Assembly (NCBI GenBank): GCA_018992685.1
Contig: JACVGT010000036.1
Coordinates: 1 to 21,110, forward strand
Origin: Theionarchaea archaeon
GTDB lineage: Archaea; Methanobacteriota_B; Thermococci; Methanofastidiosales; SZ-28-30
Reading direction: 5' to 3'
Length of the DNA stretch: 21,110 nt
This document shows positions 10,151 to 19,518 of the stretch, piece by piece (position 1 is the first letter of the stretch; each line of letters opens with the position of its first letter). The notes under the pieces were generated by a model, which saw only the letters and a list, made by a program, of their open reading frames with translations, was not told the DNA's origin and ran no database searches. Both the position numbers and the translations under genes were made by a program.

Positions 10151-10450
10151 TTGGACGTAGGAAGGGAAATCCGGAAAGCGACTGAAACAGGAAGAGTGTT
10201 ATTTGGAACTGAACAATCTCTCAAGAGCGTCAAGACGGGAGAAGCTAAATTGGTTATTATGGCATCCAATGTGCCTGAAAGGACCAAGGAAGATCTTGAA
10301 TACTATTGCTCACTGACCCACATCCCCGTTCACCACTATGAGGGGACCTCAATTGACTTGGGTACGCTGTGCGGAAAACCCTTTGTGATTTCAGTGCTCA
10401 CTGTCATCCAACCTGGGGAAAGCAATTTGCTAATGGTGGAGGGTCACTAA
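10151..10450 (+). CDS. rpl30e: 50S ribosomal protein L30e (eL30)
   Basis: TG.V.FG..Q.LK, KLVI.ASN.P, LG.LCGKPF.IS...V..PGES motifs; conserved operon position; TTG start after GAGGTGA. Confidence 0.95.
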   Translation: MDVGREIRKATETGRVLFGTEQSLKSVKTGEAKLVIMASNVPERTKEDLEYYCSLTHIPVHHYEGTSIDLGTLCGKPFVISVLTVIQPGESNLLMVEGH

Positions 10451-10881
10451 TGGGAGTCAAACTGGGAACTGAGGAAATACGGTTCATCGGCCTCTTTGAA
10501 AGCTTGACAGGAGCAACTGTCATGGACTGCATCCTGGAGGATGATAAAGGTCGTGTCGTGTTTGTAGTGAAAGAAGGTGAAGTCGGTCTTGCTGTTGGAA
10601 AAAGCGGTGCCAACATACAGCGGGTGAGAGATCTCATTGGAAAATCGGTGGAAGTCATCGAGTATTCGGATGATCCCACTTCATTTGTAAAAAACATACT
10701 GCGTCCAGCCCGGGTTCGGTCCGCTCACGTTTCCCAGCGTAAAGGGAACAAGAGCGTGGTCATGCTGGATGTCCCAAAAAAGGACAGAGGGCTGGCCATT
10801 GGGAAGGATGGCCGGAACATCGGCCGGGCCAAGTATCTCATGAAGCGGCACCATAACATTGATGATGTGATGATGATCTAG
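10450..10881 (+). CDS. nusA: Archaeal NusA (two KH domains)
   Basis: [28 protein letters not shown] and [13 protein letters not shown] GxxG loops; start set to ATG 10450 overlapping the rpl30e stop (TAATG). Confidence 0.95.
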   Translation: MGVKLGTEEIRFIGLFESLTGATVMDCILEDDKGRVVFVVKEGEVGLAVGKSGANIQRVRDLIGKSVEVIEYSDDPTSFVKNILRPARVRSAHVSQRKGNKSVVMLDVPKKDRGLAIGKDGRNIGRAKYLMKRHHNIDDVMMI

Positions 10882-10889
10882 GTGAGAAT

Positions 10890-11324
10890 ATGAAAGGACC
10901 ACGAGGTGAATTTGCAGCTCGGTCACTTGAAAGCAAGAGGCAGAAGTTGAGATGGAAAGACATAGCGTACAAGAGGAGGATGCTCAAGCTTGACGTGAAA
11001 TCAGATCCCCTGGAGGGAGCACCTCAGGCACGAGCCATCGTCCTGGAAAAAGTACCTGTGGAAGCCAAGCAGCCCAATTCAGCTTTGAGAAAGTGCGTCC
11101 GGGTCCAGTTAATCAAAAATGGGCGCCAGCTGACTGCTTTTTGCCCTGGAGATGGGGCTATAAACTTCATTGATGAACATGATGAAGTCATTGTGGAGGG
11201 AATTGGAGGCAGAAAAGGAGGCTCTATGGGAGACATTCCTGGAGTGAAATTCAAGGTTACCAAAGTCAACAGAGTCTCTCTAGAAGAGATGGTGCGAGGA
11301 AGGAAGGAAAAACCGGTGAGATAA
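10890..11324 (+). CDS. rps12: 30S ribosomal protein S12 (uS12)
   Basis: [40 protein letters not shown]. Confidence 0.98.
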   Translation: MKGPRGEFAARSLESKRQKLRWKDIAYKRRMLKLDVKSDPLEGAPQARAIVLEKVPVEAKQPNSALRKCVRVQLIKNGRQLTAFCPGDGAINFIDEHDEVIVEGIGGRKGGSMGDIPGVKFKVTKVNRVSLEEMVRGRKEKPVR

Positions 11325-11924
11325 ATGAAATTATTTCAAAAATGGGATCCCGATGTCGAAGTACGAGATCTTGGGTTGAAATCATACATCAACCTGAGCC
11401 CTGTTATTCTTCCTCATACAGGGGGGAGGGTGGAAGCAGTACGGTTCTGGAGAAGTAAGATGAATATCGTGGAGCGGTTGATCAATAAGGTCATGCGTTC
11501 GGGAGCGGCCAGCAAAAAGGTGGCAGGCCACTTTGTCAGAAGACACGGGGGGTATACAGGGAAGAAGGCATGTGCCTACCAGACGGTGAAAGATGCGTTT
11601 GATCTTGTTCAGAAGAAGACCAATGAAAACCCTCTGCAGGTACTGGTCAGAGCAATTGAACATTCAGCCCCCAGAGAAGAGGTCACCACACTGACCTACG
11701 GGGGAGTGAGATACCATCAATCAGTGGATATTTCTCCTCACCGTCGACTTGACATTGCTTTGAAGAACATTGCGCTGGGAGCTTCGGAAAAGACCTTTAA
11801 ATCCAAGACCTCCTACGAAAACGCGCTGGCAGAAGAATTGATACTGGCCGGCGAAGCTGATGTGAAGAGTTTTGCAGTGAACAAGAAAGAAGAAATTGAA
11901 CGAATTGCCAAGAGTGCAAGGTGA
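11325..11924 (+). CDS. rps7: 30S ribosomal protein S7 (uS7)
   Basis: MKLF.KW...[48 protein letters not shown]. Confidence 0.98.
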   Translation: MKLFQKWDPDVEVRDLGLKSYINLSPVILPHTGGRVEAVRFWRSKMNIVERLINKVMRSGAASKKVAGHFVRRHGGYTGKKACAYQTVKDAFDLVQKKTNENPLQVLVRAIEHSAPREEVTTLTYGGVRYHQSVDISPHRRLDIALKNIALGASEKTFKSKTSYENALAEELILAGEADVKSFAVNKKEEIERIAKSAR

Positions 11925-11928
11925 TCTC

Positions 11929-14124
11929 ATGGGAAGAAAGGAAAAAATGGCTGAACTTGTGCACAAGCTTATGTACAACCCTGAACAGATACTCAATATC
12001 GGCATTGCTGCGCACATTGACCATGGAAAGACCACGCTTTCTGATAACCTGCTGGCAGGAGCAGGTCTGATGTCTGAAGATCTGGCAGGGAAACAGCTTG
12101 TCCTGGACTTTGATGAGCAGGAACAGAGCAGAGGTATTACCATTGATGCTGCAAACATCAGTATGGTTCACGAATTCGAGGGGAAAGAGTACTTGATTAA
12201 CCTCATTGACACCCCGGGCCACGTTGACTTCGGTGGTGACGTAACCAGAGCCATGCGGGCTATCGATGGATGCATCATCGTGGTGTGTGCGGTGGAAGGG
12301 GTCATGCCCCAGACCGAAACAGTAGTCAGGCAGGCACTGAAAGAACGGGTCAGGCCTATTCTCTTCATTAACAAAGTAGATCGACTCATCCGCGAACTGA
12401 AGCTGTCTCCGGATGAAATGCAGCGCCGGTTCATGAAGATTATCACCCAGGTTAACAAGCTCATCAAGCAGATGGCTCCTGACGAGTTCAAAGAAGACTG
12501 GCAGGTAAACGTCAATGATGGATCAGTGGCTTTTGGCTCCGCCTATTGGAACTGGGCCATATCTGTTCCATTCATGCAGTCCACAGGATTGACCTTTAAG
12601 GATATTATTGAATATACAGAGAAGGACCAGTTGAGGGATCTGGCCAAGAGATCCCCCATCCACCAGATCATCTTGGACATGGTGGTGGATCATCTCCCCA
12701 ACCCTTTGGTTGCCCAGAGATACCGAATTCCCAAGATCTGGAAGGGTGATCCCAGTTCGTCTGTTGGAGAGCAGATGATGGCAGTGAACCGTGACGGAAC
12801 ACTGGCCATGGTGGTGACCAAGATCATAGTGGACCGCCACGCGGGCGAGATCGCCACAGGTCGAATCTTCTCGGGAACAGTCAGAGTGGGAGATGAAGTG
12901 TGGATTGTGGGAACCCGGAACAAGAGGAGAGTTGTGCAGTGCGGCATCTACATGGGGCCGGATCGCAAGAACATGGACGAGGTCCCTGCTGGGAATATCG
13001 TGGCTGTCACTGGACTGAAGGAAGCTATTGCAGGAGAAACGATATGTAGTGGGGATGAGCTCATTGCTCCCTTTGAGGCAATAAAGCACTATTCTGAGCC
13101 TGTAGTGACTGTGGCTGTGGAACCTGTCAACACCAAAGACCTGGCAAAACTAATTGAAGTGATGCGCCAGGTGTCAAAAGAAGATCCCACCATCCAGGTG
13201 AAGATAGATGAGGAAACAGGTGAGTACCTGATGAGCGGCATGGGAGAGCTGCACCTTGAAGTCGTGGGCTACAGAATCACTCACAGCAAGGGAGTTGAAA
13301 TCAGCACCTCCGAGCCCATTGTTGTGTACAGAGAATCCGTTCTGGGTACAGCTCCCGATGTGGAAGGAAAATCTCCCAACAAGCACAACAAATTCTACCT
13401 GCACGCAGAACCCCTCGAAGATAATGTCTATCAGGCCATAAAAGATGGAACTATTCCCGAAGGAAGAGTCAGGGGGAAAGACCTGCAGCAGCAGCTCCGG
13501 GACATGGGGATGAATAGAGATGAGGCCCGGGCAGTGGAGGATGTCTACCAGGGAAACATGCTCTTGAATCTCTCCAAGGGAATTGTGCACATTGGAGAGG
13601 TTATTGAGCTGATTGTTGAAGCGTTCCACTCAGTCATGGACAAGGGACCAATGGCTGAAGAACCAGTGATGAAGGTCAAGGTCAAAGTGACTGACATGAA
13701 GCTGCACGAAGACTCCATTCATCGTGGACCCGCCCAGGTAATCCCTGCTGTACGGCATGCGCTGTTTGGTTCTGTTCTGATGGCTAGAGATTCACTGTTT
13801 GAGCCCATTCAGAAGCTGTGGGTTCAGGCTCCTCAAGAGTACATGGGATCAATTACCAGAGAAATTCAGGGACGGCGCGGTCAGATCCTGGACATGGCGC
13901 AGGAAGGAGAGCTGATCAGTATTGAGGCCAAGGTGCCGGTGGCAGAAATGTTTGGGTTTTCAGGTGAAATCAGATCTGCAACAGAAGGTCGGGCCCTATG
14001 GTCCACTGAGGTGACAGGATTTGAGCAAGTGCCTGAGAATATGCAACCTGACATTGTTCTGGGAATCAGGAAACGCAAGGGACTGAAAGTGGAGATTCCC
14101 AGGCCAGAAAACTGGCTGACCTGA
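11929..14124 (+). CDS. fusA: Translation elongation factor aEF-2
   Basis: [26 protein letters not shown] GTPase motifs; diphthamide loop [12 protein letters not shown]. Start set to ATG 11929 after the AGGTGA RBS (731 aa). Confidence 0.98.
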   Translation: MGRKEKMAELVHKLMYNPEQILNIGIAAHIDHGKTTLSDNLLAGAGLMSEDLAGKQLVLDFDEQEQSRGITIDAANISMVHEFEGKEYLINLIDTPGHVDFGGDVTRAMRAIDGCIIVVCAVEGVMPQTETVVRQALKERVRPILFINKVDRLIRELKLSPDEMQRRFMKIITQVNKLIKQMAPDEFKEDWQVNVNDGSVAFGSAYWNWAISVPFMQSTGLTFKDIIEYTEKDQLRDLAKRSPIHQIILDMVVDHLPNPLVAQRYRIPKIWKGDPSSSVGEQMMAVNRDGTLAMVVTKIIVDRHAGEIATGRIFSGTVRVGDEVWIVGTRNKRRVVQCGIYMGPDRKNMDEVPAGNIVAVTGLKEAIAGETICSGDELIAPFEAIKHYSEPVVTVAVEPVNTKDLAKLIEVMRQVSKEDPTIQVKIDEETGEYLMSGMGELHLEVVGYRITHSKGVEISTSEPIVVYRESVLGTAPDVEGKSPNKHNKFYLHAEPLEDNVYQAIKDGTIPEGRVRGKDLQQQLRDMGMNRDEARAVEDVYQGNMLLNLSKGIVHIGEVIELIVEAFHSVMDKGPMAEEPVMKVKVKVTDMKLHEDSIHRGPAQVIPAVRHALFGSVLMARDSLFEPIQKLWVQAPQEYMGSITREIQGRRGQILDMAQEGELISIEAKVPVAEMFGFSGEIRSATEGRALWSTEVTGFEQVPENMQPDIVLGIRKRKGLKVEIPRPENWLT

Positions 14125-14126
14125 GG

Positions 14127-14170
14127 TCTTTTTTCCTCTTTTTCCTTGAAGAGTAGGCTTCTTCAATTCT
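14127..14170 (+). terminator. Putative oligo-T terminator of the rpo/str operon with adjacent hairpin
   Basis: TCTTTTTTCCTCTTTTTCC directly after the EF-2 stop, then TTGAAGA-gtaggct-TCTTCAA inverted repeat. Confidence 0.6.
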
Positions 14171-14276
14171 TCTATCACTTTTCCATTCCATCACCTTCTA
14201 GAGTGCGTGCCCGCAGATACCTTCAGTGAAAGTTATGAACGATTACCAATGGCCAGGCAACACCTATTTTTCAAAT

Positions 14277-14292
14277 AAAAAAAGTTTATAAG
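14277..14292 (+). promoter_or_regulatory. BRE/TATA promoter, probably leaderless DUF166-like transcript
   Basis: A-run then G-TTTATAAG (14285..14292), 22 nt before ATG 14315; no RBS visible. Confidence 0.6.
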
Positions 14293-14314
14293 ACGCTTTC
14301 TCTTCTTGGCCCTC

Positions 14315-15088
14315 ATGCGCATCTGCGTTCTGAACTCCGGCCCGTTACCTTTTACTTTTCTTCACAACATGTGTAATGTGTGTGATGTGTGCCAGTACTG
14401 TACCCATTGCAGACCTTTGTCGCTTGATTTTTGCAGGTACCTGTATGGAATCTTCCAAATACCTGATAATCTACCTTCTTTTCTGGATAATCCTCACGAA
14501 TACCTCCCTTCCCTGCCAGAGTGTGATTTGGTTATGGTATTCAGTGTGCATCCTGATATCTTGCTGGAACTGCCCTCAGCTCTTCCTTCATCAGTGAAAG
14601 CTGTCATTGTTCCTGCAGATGCTCCTCACTGGGTACAACCCGGGTTGAGGGGACAGCTTCGGGCTATTCTCCGTGAGAAAGGGATAGAATCTGCGTTTCC
14701 AAAACCATATTGTTCCCTTGATTGCCATCCTTCCCATCCCTTTATCAACCATGTTATTACTACCTTGAGAATCGGCAAGCCCGTGCTGCACCTGGAGATG
14801 AAGAGAGACACTGTCTACAGAGCCTTTTGTGACATCAGTGCCCCCTGTGGGTCAACGTGGTACATTTGCGAGATGCTGAAAAACAAGTCCCTGGAGCAGA
14901 TAGTGGAAACAGTAGCCAGGGCACATCACGCTTTCCCCTGCAGTGCCTCTATGGTCAGTGACCCCGAAACCGGAGATTCTCTCTTGCATGAAGCCGGTTA
15001 CATTGTGAGAGATGCTGTCTTGGCTGCACTCCCCACCGAAGGTATTGAGGGTGTCCTAGTCTCCAGTTCCAGAGAACTCTCAGAGTAG
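14315..15088 (+). CDS. DUF166-like protein with N-terminal cysteine cluster
   Basis: LP.FLD.P.EYLP.LP..DL, HPD, FPKPYCSL, SAPCGSTW, HHAFPC.ASM..D, LLH.AG motifs recalled from DUF166-family archaeal proteins. ATG 14315 preferred over TTG 14306 from TATA spacing. Confidence 0.7.
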   Translation: MRICVLNSGPLPFTFLHNMCNVCDVCQYCTHCRPLSLDFCRYLYGIFQIPDNLPSFLDNPHEYLPSLPECDLVMVFSVHPDILLELPSALPSSVKAVIVPADAPHWVQPGLRGQLRAILREKGIESAFPKPYCSLDCHPSHPFINHVITTLRIGKPVLHLEMKRDTVYRAFCDISAPCGSTWYICEMLKNKSLEQIVETVARAHHAFPCSASMVSDPETGDSLLHEAGYIVRDAVLAALPTEGIEGVLVSSSRELSE

Positions 15089-15149
15089 CTGTCCCACAGA
15101 TTCTGTGTGCTGTGCAACATGATCGTTTGTGACCCGGATGACCGAGTGA

Positions 15150-15163
15150 CAAACCTTTTTATG
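15150..15163 (+). promoter_or_regulatory. Putative BRE/TATA promoter for the Sir2 cluster (leaderless)
   Basis: CAAACC-TTTTTATG about 21 nt before ATG 15185. Confidence 0.45.
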
Positions 15164-15184
15164 TATGTTCCCCTAGAGTAGGCA

Positions 15185-15946
15185 ATGGAATCGCCCGTTG
15201 ACTCTGCTGTCCGGCTACTCTCTGCTTCAGACTATGCGGTGGCTTTGACAGGTGCAGGAATCTCCACTGATTCGGGAATCCCTGATTTTCGTTCTCCGGG
15301 GGGACTGTGGAACACCTTCCCTGCTATCTTTGGTGATTATCATTCGTTTTTGACCAACCCTGAGCAGGTTCTTGAACTGGGTCGGGTTCTGTTACCTCTG
15401 CTCTTCTCTGCTGTCCCCAATGAAGGACACAAAGCCATGAAAAAGCTAGAAGACCTCGACATTTTGCAGGCGATCATTACACAGAATATTGACGGACTAC
15501 ATCAGATGGCAGGGTCCAAAACGGTCGTTGAGATTCACGGGACCTACAAGACTGCCACCTGTCTTGGATGCAAGCGAGCCTTTACGTTGCCGGAATTGCT
15601 GCCCCTTTCCAGCTCCTCACTGATCTGTCCTGACTGTTTAGGGATTGTAAAACCAGATGTCGTCATGTTTGGAGAACCACTCCCAGAAGAAGCCTTCTCG
15701 CAGGCAGTCGCTCTGACAGAACAAGCAGATCTCATGATTGTGGCAGGGTCAAGTCTCGAAGTGATTCCCGCTTCTCATTTGGTGACAATGGCAAGCCGCA
15801 ACAAAGTTCCACTCATCTTTATTAACAAATCCCAAACCGCCCTGGATAAACTGGCAGACATCATCCTGAGAGAGACCATTTCCGAGTGCCTGCCCCATCT
15901 TGTGGCTCTGGTGAGAAAGGAGGTTATACCATGCGAGTCCCAGTAG
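15185..15946 (+). CDS. cobB: NAD-dependent protein deacylase, Sir2 family
   Basis: LTGAGISTDSGIPDFRS, ITQNIDGLHQ.AGS, catalytic EIHG, CxxC..CxxC zinc site, KPDVVMFGE, GSSL.V.PA. Confidence 0.95.
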   Translation: MESPVDSAVRLLSASDYAVALTGAGISTDSGIPDFRSPGGLWNTFPAIFGDYHSFLTNPEQVLELGRVLLPLLFSAVPNEGHKAMKKLEDLDILQAIITQNIDGLHQMAGSKTVVEIHGTYKTATCLGCKRAFTLPELLPLSSSSLICPDCLGIVKPDVVMFGEPLPEEAFSQAVALTEQADLMIVAGSSLEVIPASHLVTMASRNKVPLIFINKSQTALDKLADIILRETISECLPHLVALVRKEVIPCESQ

Positions 15947-16650
15947 GTCAGAAACTGAAAGACCTGGAAATTACTGAACCACGAGTAACGATTCTTCTTC
16001 ATGAAGCTGAGAAAGAGAATTTGACCGGATTTATCCGGGTAACCTATGAAAGAAAAGGTCTCAATGATTTCTACATTTTTTTCACCAATGGAATCCTCAC
16101 TGGCATATATGGCGAGGAAATGCTGACTGAAAAAGAGGTGTTCGGAAAAGAGGCCCTGGATCAGGCCCTGGCTATCTTCTCGCCCGGCCTTGCTGGATTA
16201 TACTCCTCGGAAAAGGAAGAGATTCAGTCTCTGGGCAAAGAATATCCTGGGCTGCTCCTAGAGAAGAAAGAGCTCGGATTTACTGAACTCCTGGAAGCGC
16301 AGCTTCGCAACCTCAATGAAGAGGGACAGTTCCTGGCATCTCTTGTGGCAGACGTACAGGGACTGCCTGTGGCTGCCATGGATTCTGAATACGAAAATGC
16401 ACGAATTGCTGCTCTCTCTGCTTTGGTGAGAGATGTGTCTCACAGAGCAGAAACACAGCTAGGATTCAAGAAGACAGATGAGGTCTCTCTTGTGGATGAT
16501 GACAAGGTGAGGCTCGTGTGCAGATACTTCCAGGTAGGCGACCAGACCTATATACTCTCCTGTGTAGTTCCTGCTTACCAGACGTACAGGCGGCTGACCA
16601 ACACAGCTCTCAAGGAAATCGAAAAGATCATGAAACAGAGGTTCTCATGA
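15931..16650 (+). CDS. Two-domain protein: DUF2226-like N-terminus fused to a Roadblock/LC7 (MglB-like) C-terminus
   Basis: ATG 15931 after AGGAGG. N-terminal half has LTGFIRV...YIFFTNG.LTG.Y......GKEAL; C-terminal half has helix-ASLVADVQGLPVAA-IAALSA-EVSL-beta strands-helix, the Roadblock pattern. Both domain calls are by motif recognition. Confidence 0.7.
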   Translation: MRVPVGQKLKDLEITEPRVTILLHEAEKENLTGFIRVTYERKGLNDFYIFFTNGILTGIYGEEMLTEKEVFGKEALDQALAIFSPGLAGLYSSEKEEIQSLGKEYPGLLLEKKELGFTELLEAQLRNLNEEGQFLASLVADVQGLPVAAMDSEYENARIAALSALVRDVSHRAETQLGFKKTDEVSLVDDDKVRLVCRYFQVGDQTYILSCVVPAYQTYRRLTNTALKEIEKIMKQRFS

Positions 16651-17000
16651 TGCTGAAGCAGGCGAAATTCGGCTCGGTCATATACAAGAATAGAGTATTC
16701 ACTCATGATATCTACGTCCATCCTTCAGGTGCTGTAGAACCTCGAAGGAAAGAGCTGTCATGTATGGTACATGGTACCAGCCACAAGGTAGTCAAAGCAG
16801 AAATGGAAATCTTGTTGAGGGAGGATCCTGACTGCATCATTATTGGGACGGGACACAGTGGAGCGCTGCACCTGACAGCAGAGGCGAGAGAATATCTCAA
16901 GGAGAGAGGAGTATCCTACCAGGAGCTGCTGACTCCTCAAGCGATCACAGAATACAATCACAGGTTCAACTGCGCCGTTCTAGTTCACGTTACCTGTTAA
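16647..17000 (+). CDS. Mth938-like (DUF498/NDUFAF3 family) protein
   Basis: FGSV.....F.HDI.V, HGTSH, PD.IIIGTG.SG.L, TP.AI.EYN, C-terminal HVTC; ATGA overlap with the upstream stop (start 16647 or 16650). Confidence 0.88.
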   Translation: MMLKQAKFGSVIYKNRVFTHDIYVHPSGAVEPRRKELSCMVHGTSHKVVKAEMEILLREDPDCIIIGTGHSGALHLTAEAREYLKERGVSYQELLTPQAITEYNHRFNCAVLVHVTC

Positions 17001-19025
17001 TTGATCGTGGATTGATCTGGCGATTCCTTCCCCCACTATATTCTCCAGTTCAGATACGGGTGCCTTCTTTAGATCCTGAAGTGTCTCAAACCCGTGATCA
17101 AATAAAGAACGCGCCCGAACCCGTCCGATATTCTTGATTCTGACAAGGGGAAGTAGTTCCTCTTTGATGCCGTACTTGAGGCGTACGCGAAGTTTTCTTA
17201 TGTCTGCCTGAGAGTAGAAGAAGAGTCTGGCAATCTCACCAAAAGAGTACAAGAGCCAGGTTGTTGTTTCGCGCATTCTGTACACATCTCCCGGCCCCAC
17301 ACTGAAATGCGTGCAGATATCTTTCTCGTCAACCTCTTCAACCCACGAGGTAAGGAGCGATGCTGTCTTCACCTGGGAGAGGAATATTTCATACCGTTCG
17401 GGTTCTTCCCAGGTGTCAGGTATAGGAAGTAAGAAGGATTCCTTGTGCTCTTCGGCCAGCAAATCATACTCAGAAAAGTCTCCCCTCCTCAGATACAGCC
17501 CGGGCATATCGGGACAGGCAGATATAGCCTGCAGTATTCCAAAGGGCATCATATTTGCATGGAGAGCCTGCCGAAGCACCACTGCAGAAGCAGGATCAAT
17601 ATATAACTGAGAAACTCTCTTTCCGAAAGGGGTGGCTTCGAATTCATGGATAAGTTCATGACGTTCAAGGTAGTCTCGGGCCTGATTGAGAGTATCATAC
17701 ACATATTCTTCCCCGTTTTGATAGACATAGAGTGTCCTTGAAAAAAAGGTCTTGAGCTCCTCAGCCGTCTTCACGTAGTCAGACGCCAGGAGTGCCAGAA
17801 GATGGGTTCGCAATGCAGGCTGCGAGGCCAGCTTGGAGGAAATCCTCTCAGGCTCAGCATAGATGTACCGCCCAAACAATTGATCCACATCTTCTTCGTT
17901 CTTGGCTACCAGAATCGCTTCTCCTTCCGAGTCGTACCTGGGTCTCCCTGCCCGCCCCATCATCTGCTGGATTTCCAGTGTGGGTATGAAATAATATCCC
18001 AGATTCTGGTAGAACCGTTTGACATCTCTGACCACCACCCGTCTAGCAGGCAGGTTAATTCCTGCAGCCAGAGTGGGAGTGGCCACCAGCACCTTCAGGT
18101 TGTTCGCTTTGAATGCCTCCTCGATGAGGATCCTATCCTGCCGTTTCAATCCTGCATGATGAAAACTCACGCCGTGGAGGGAACATTCCCGAAGTGTGGT
18201 CTGGTACACGGAATCGGAGAAATGCAATGGTTCACAACTGATCATGTTTCTCAGGCTGCGGGCAACCCGGCATGCCACAGCCTGGGTCGACTTTCGAGTA
18301 TTGACAAAAAAGAGCACCTGCCCCGCTTTCAAGCTGTCCACAGCAAGCGTCACACAAGGGTCACCATGCGAGGTGACCTCCTCAGAACCATCTTCGAAGA
18401 CAATGGTGTCCTCGTGAAAGACCCCCTTTCTCAAAGGCACAGGACGCCATTCAGATGCAACAAGCTCTGCATCAAGCCATTGAGCAAGCTCCCGAGCGTT
18501 GGAAATGGTCGCAGAGAGAGCCAGAATCCGCTTTCCTTTCATTTTCGACAGGATCATCTCCAGCGTGGGACCTCTCCCGGGATCATCCAGGAGGTGAACC
18601 TCATCTGCCACCACCAGGTGAACTTCATTGAAAAACGCTACATCATGACGGAGCAGGGAGTCACACTTTTCTGAGGTGGTAACCACTACATCGTAGTGCT
18701 TCAGACATGTGTTGGCAGAATCGTAGTCTCCTGTGGTGAGTGCGACATTGATGCCCAGTTCTTTCATATCTTGATATTTCTCTTCTGCTAGAGCTTTTAG
18801 GGGAACTATGTAGACAGCCTTCTGGTTTTTCTGAAGAGCTTTTACCACTGCAAAAAGGGCAATGAGTGTCTTGCCGGAAGCTGTGGGGATTGCCAGCACC
18901 ATACTTCTGTCTTCAAAAAGACCAGCACGTATAGCCTGTTCCTGCGGAGGATAAAGCGTTGTATACCCTGCATTCTCCAGTTTCTGAATGTACCTGTGGG
19001 GGAGATCAAGCTCTCTCAGATGCAT
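16980..19025 (-). CDS. hel308: ATP-dependent DNA helicase Hel308/Hjm (Ski2-like SF2)
   Basis: LYPPQ Q-motif, PTASGKT, DEVH, LSATI.NA, FHHAGL, TPTLAAGINLPA, QMMGRAGRP, RVSQLYIDP, C-terminal HhH IGRVRARSL. Confidence 0.95.
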   Translation of the reverse strand: MHLRELDLPHRYIQKLENAGYTTLYPPQEQAIRAGLFEDRSMVLAIPTASGKTLIALFAVVKALQKNQKAVYIVPLKALAEEKYQDMKELGINVALTTGDYDSANTCLKHYDVVVTTSEKCDSLLRHDVAFFNEVHLVVADEVHLLDDPGRGPTLEMILSKMKGKRILALSATISNARELAQWLDAELVASEWRPVPLRKGVFHEDTIVFEDGSEEVTSHGDPCVTLAVDSLKAGQVLFFVNTRKSTQAVACRVARSLRNMISCEPLHFSDSVYQTTLRECSLHGVSFHHAGLKRQDRILIEEAFKANNLKVLVATPTLAAGINLPARRVVVRDVKRFYQNLGYYFIPTLEIQQMMGRAGRPRYDSEGEAILVAKNEEDVDQLFGRYIYAEPERISSKLASQPALRTHLLALLASDYVKTAEELKTFFSRTLYVYQNGEEYVYDTLNQARDYLERHELIHEFEATPFGKRVSQLYIDPASAVVLRQALHANMMPFGILQAISACPDMPGLYLRRGDFSEYDLLAEEHKESFLLPIPDTWEEPERYEIFLSQVKTASLLTSWVEEVDEKDICTHFSVGPGDVYRMRETTTWLLYSFGEIARLFFYSQADIRKLRVRLKYGIKEELLPLVRIKNIGRVRARSLFDHGFETLQDLKKAPVSELENIVGEGIARSIHDQLTGNVN

Positions 19026-19045
19026 GAACCTTCTTTCACATTGCG

Positions 19046-19062
19046 CTAATAAATGTGTTTCT
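19046..19062 (-). promoter_or_regulatory. Putative BRE/TATA promoter of hel308 (leaderless or short leader)
   Basis: Minus strand AGAAACACA-TTTATTAG, 20 nt before ATG 19025. Confidence 0.5.
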
Positions 19063-19080
19063 CAGAACCGTTCCAGACAC

Positions 19081-19464
19081 CTACTTTTCCTCGGCCTCAT
19101 CCGCATGGATTTGGGCATTGTGTGCTCTTTCCACCTCACCTGTGGCGATCCACAAAGCGGCTGCCTTCCTCCAGGCCTCTGCTGCACTGCCCCACAACTC
19201 TTGGGATTCATAGTTGAAGGCTGCCACCTCCCAGTTGAGAGCAGCTTTCATGCGATCGTTTTGCGCCCTTCTCTCATTACCTGTGGCTTCTCTGAGTTTG
19301 GCCGCTTCTTCCCAGGTTTGTGCAGCATCTTCCCATTTCAGAGCCCGCTCATATCCACTGGCCTGTTCTTCCCATTCACTGGCGGACTTCTGCGAGGGCT
19401 GCTCCTGGCTCAAGCATCCCACCAGCAGCATAACCACAAGCATTATATGCAGGATTTCCTTCAT
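19081..19464 (-). CDS. Putative lipoprotein with two 47-aa Trp/Ala-rich helical (TPR/SNAP-like) repeats
   Basis: MKEILHIMLVVMLLVGC signal with lipobox-like LVGC; ATG 19464 preceded by GAAAGGGA; internal duplication visible by eye. Confidence 0.7.
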   Translation of the reverse strand: MKEILHIMLVVMLLVGCLSQEQPSQKSASEWEEQASGYERALKWEDAAQTWEEAAKLREATGNERRAQNDRMKAALNWEVAAFNYESQELWGSAAEAWRKAAALWIATGEVERAHNAQIHADEAEEK

Positions 19465-19518
19465 ATGATTCCCTTTCAAGATGAACCCCTGGCTCGCTCT
19501 GTTGATCTGTGGCTTCTC

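Noticed and set aside
13700-13745. Possibly non-canonical EF-2 lacking the diphthamide site
   Set aside because: The HRG motif ([12 protein letters not shown]) is intact.
3076-14124. Inteins, and long antisense ORFs such as 3598..4413 and 9508..10287, in the rpo/str genes
   Set aside because: Protein lengths are normal with contiguous motifs; the antisense ORFs are codon-bias shadows without motifs.
15185-15946. Sir2 as an anti-phage effector (Thoeris, DSR, Sir2-HerA, pAgo) paired with the nearby helicase
   Set aside because: It is a canonical stand-alone Zn-binding deacylase; the helicase is housekeeping Hel308 on the opposite strand.
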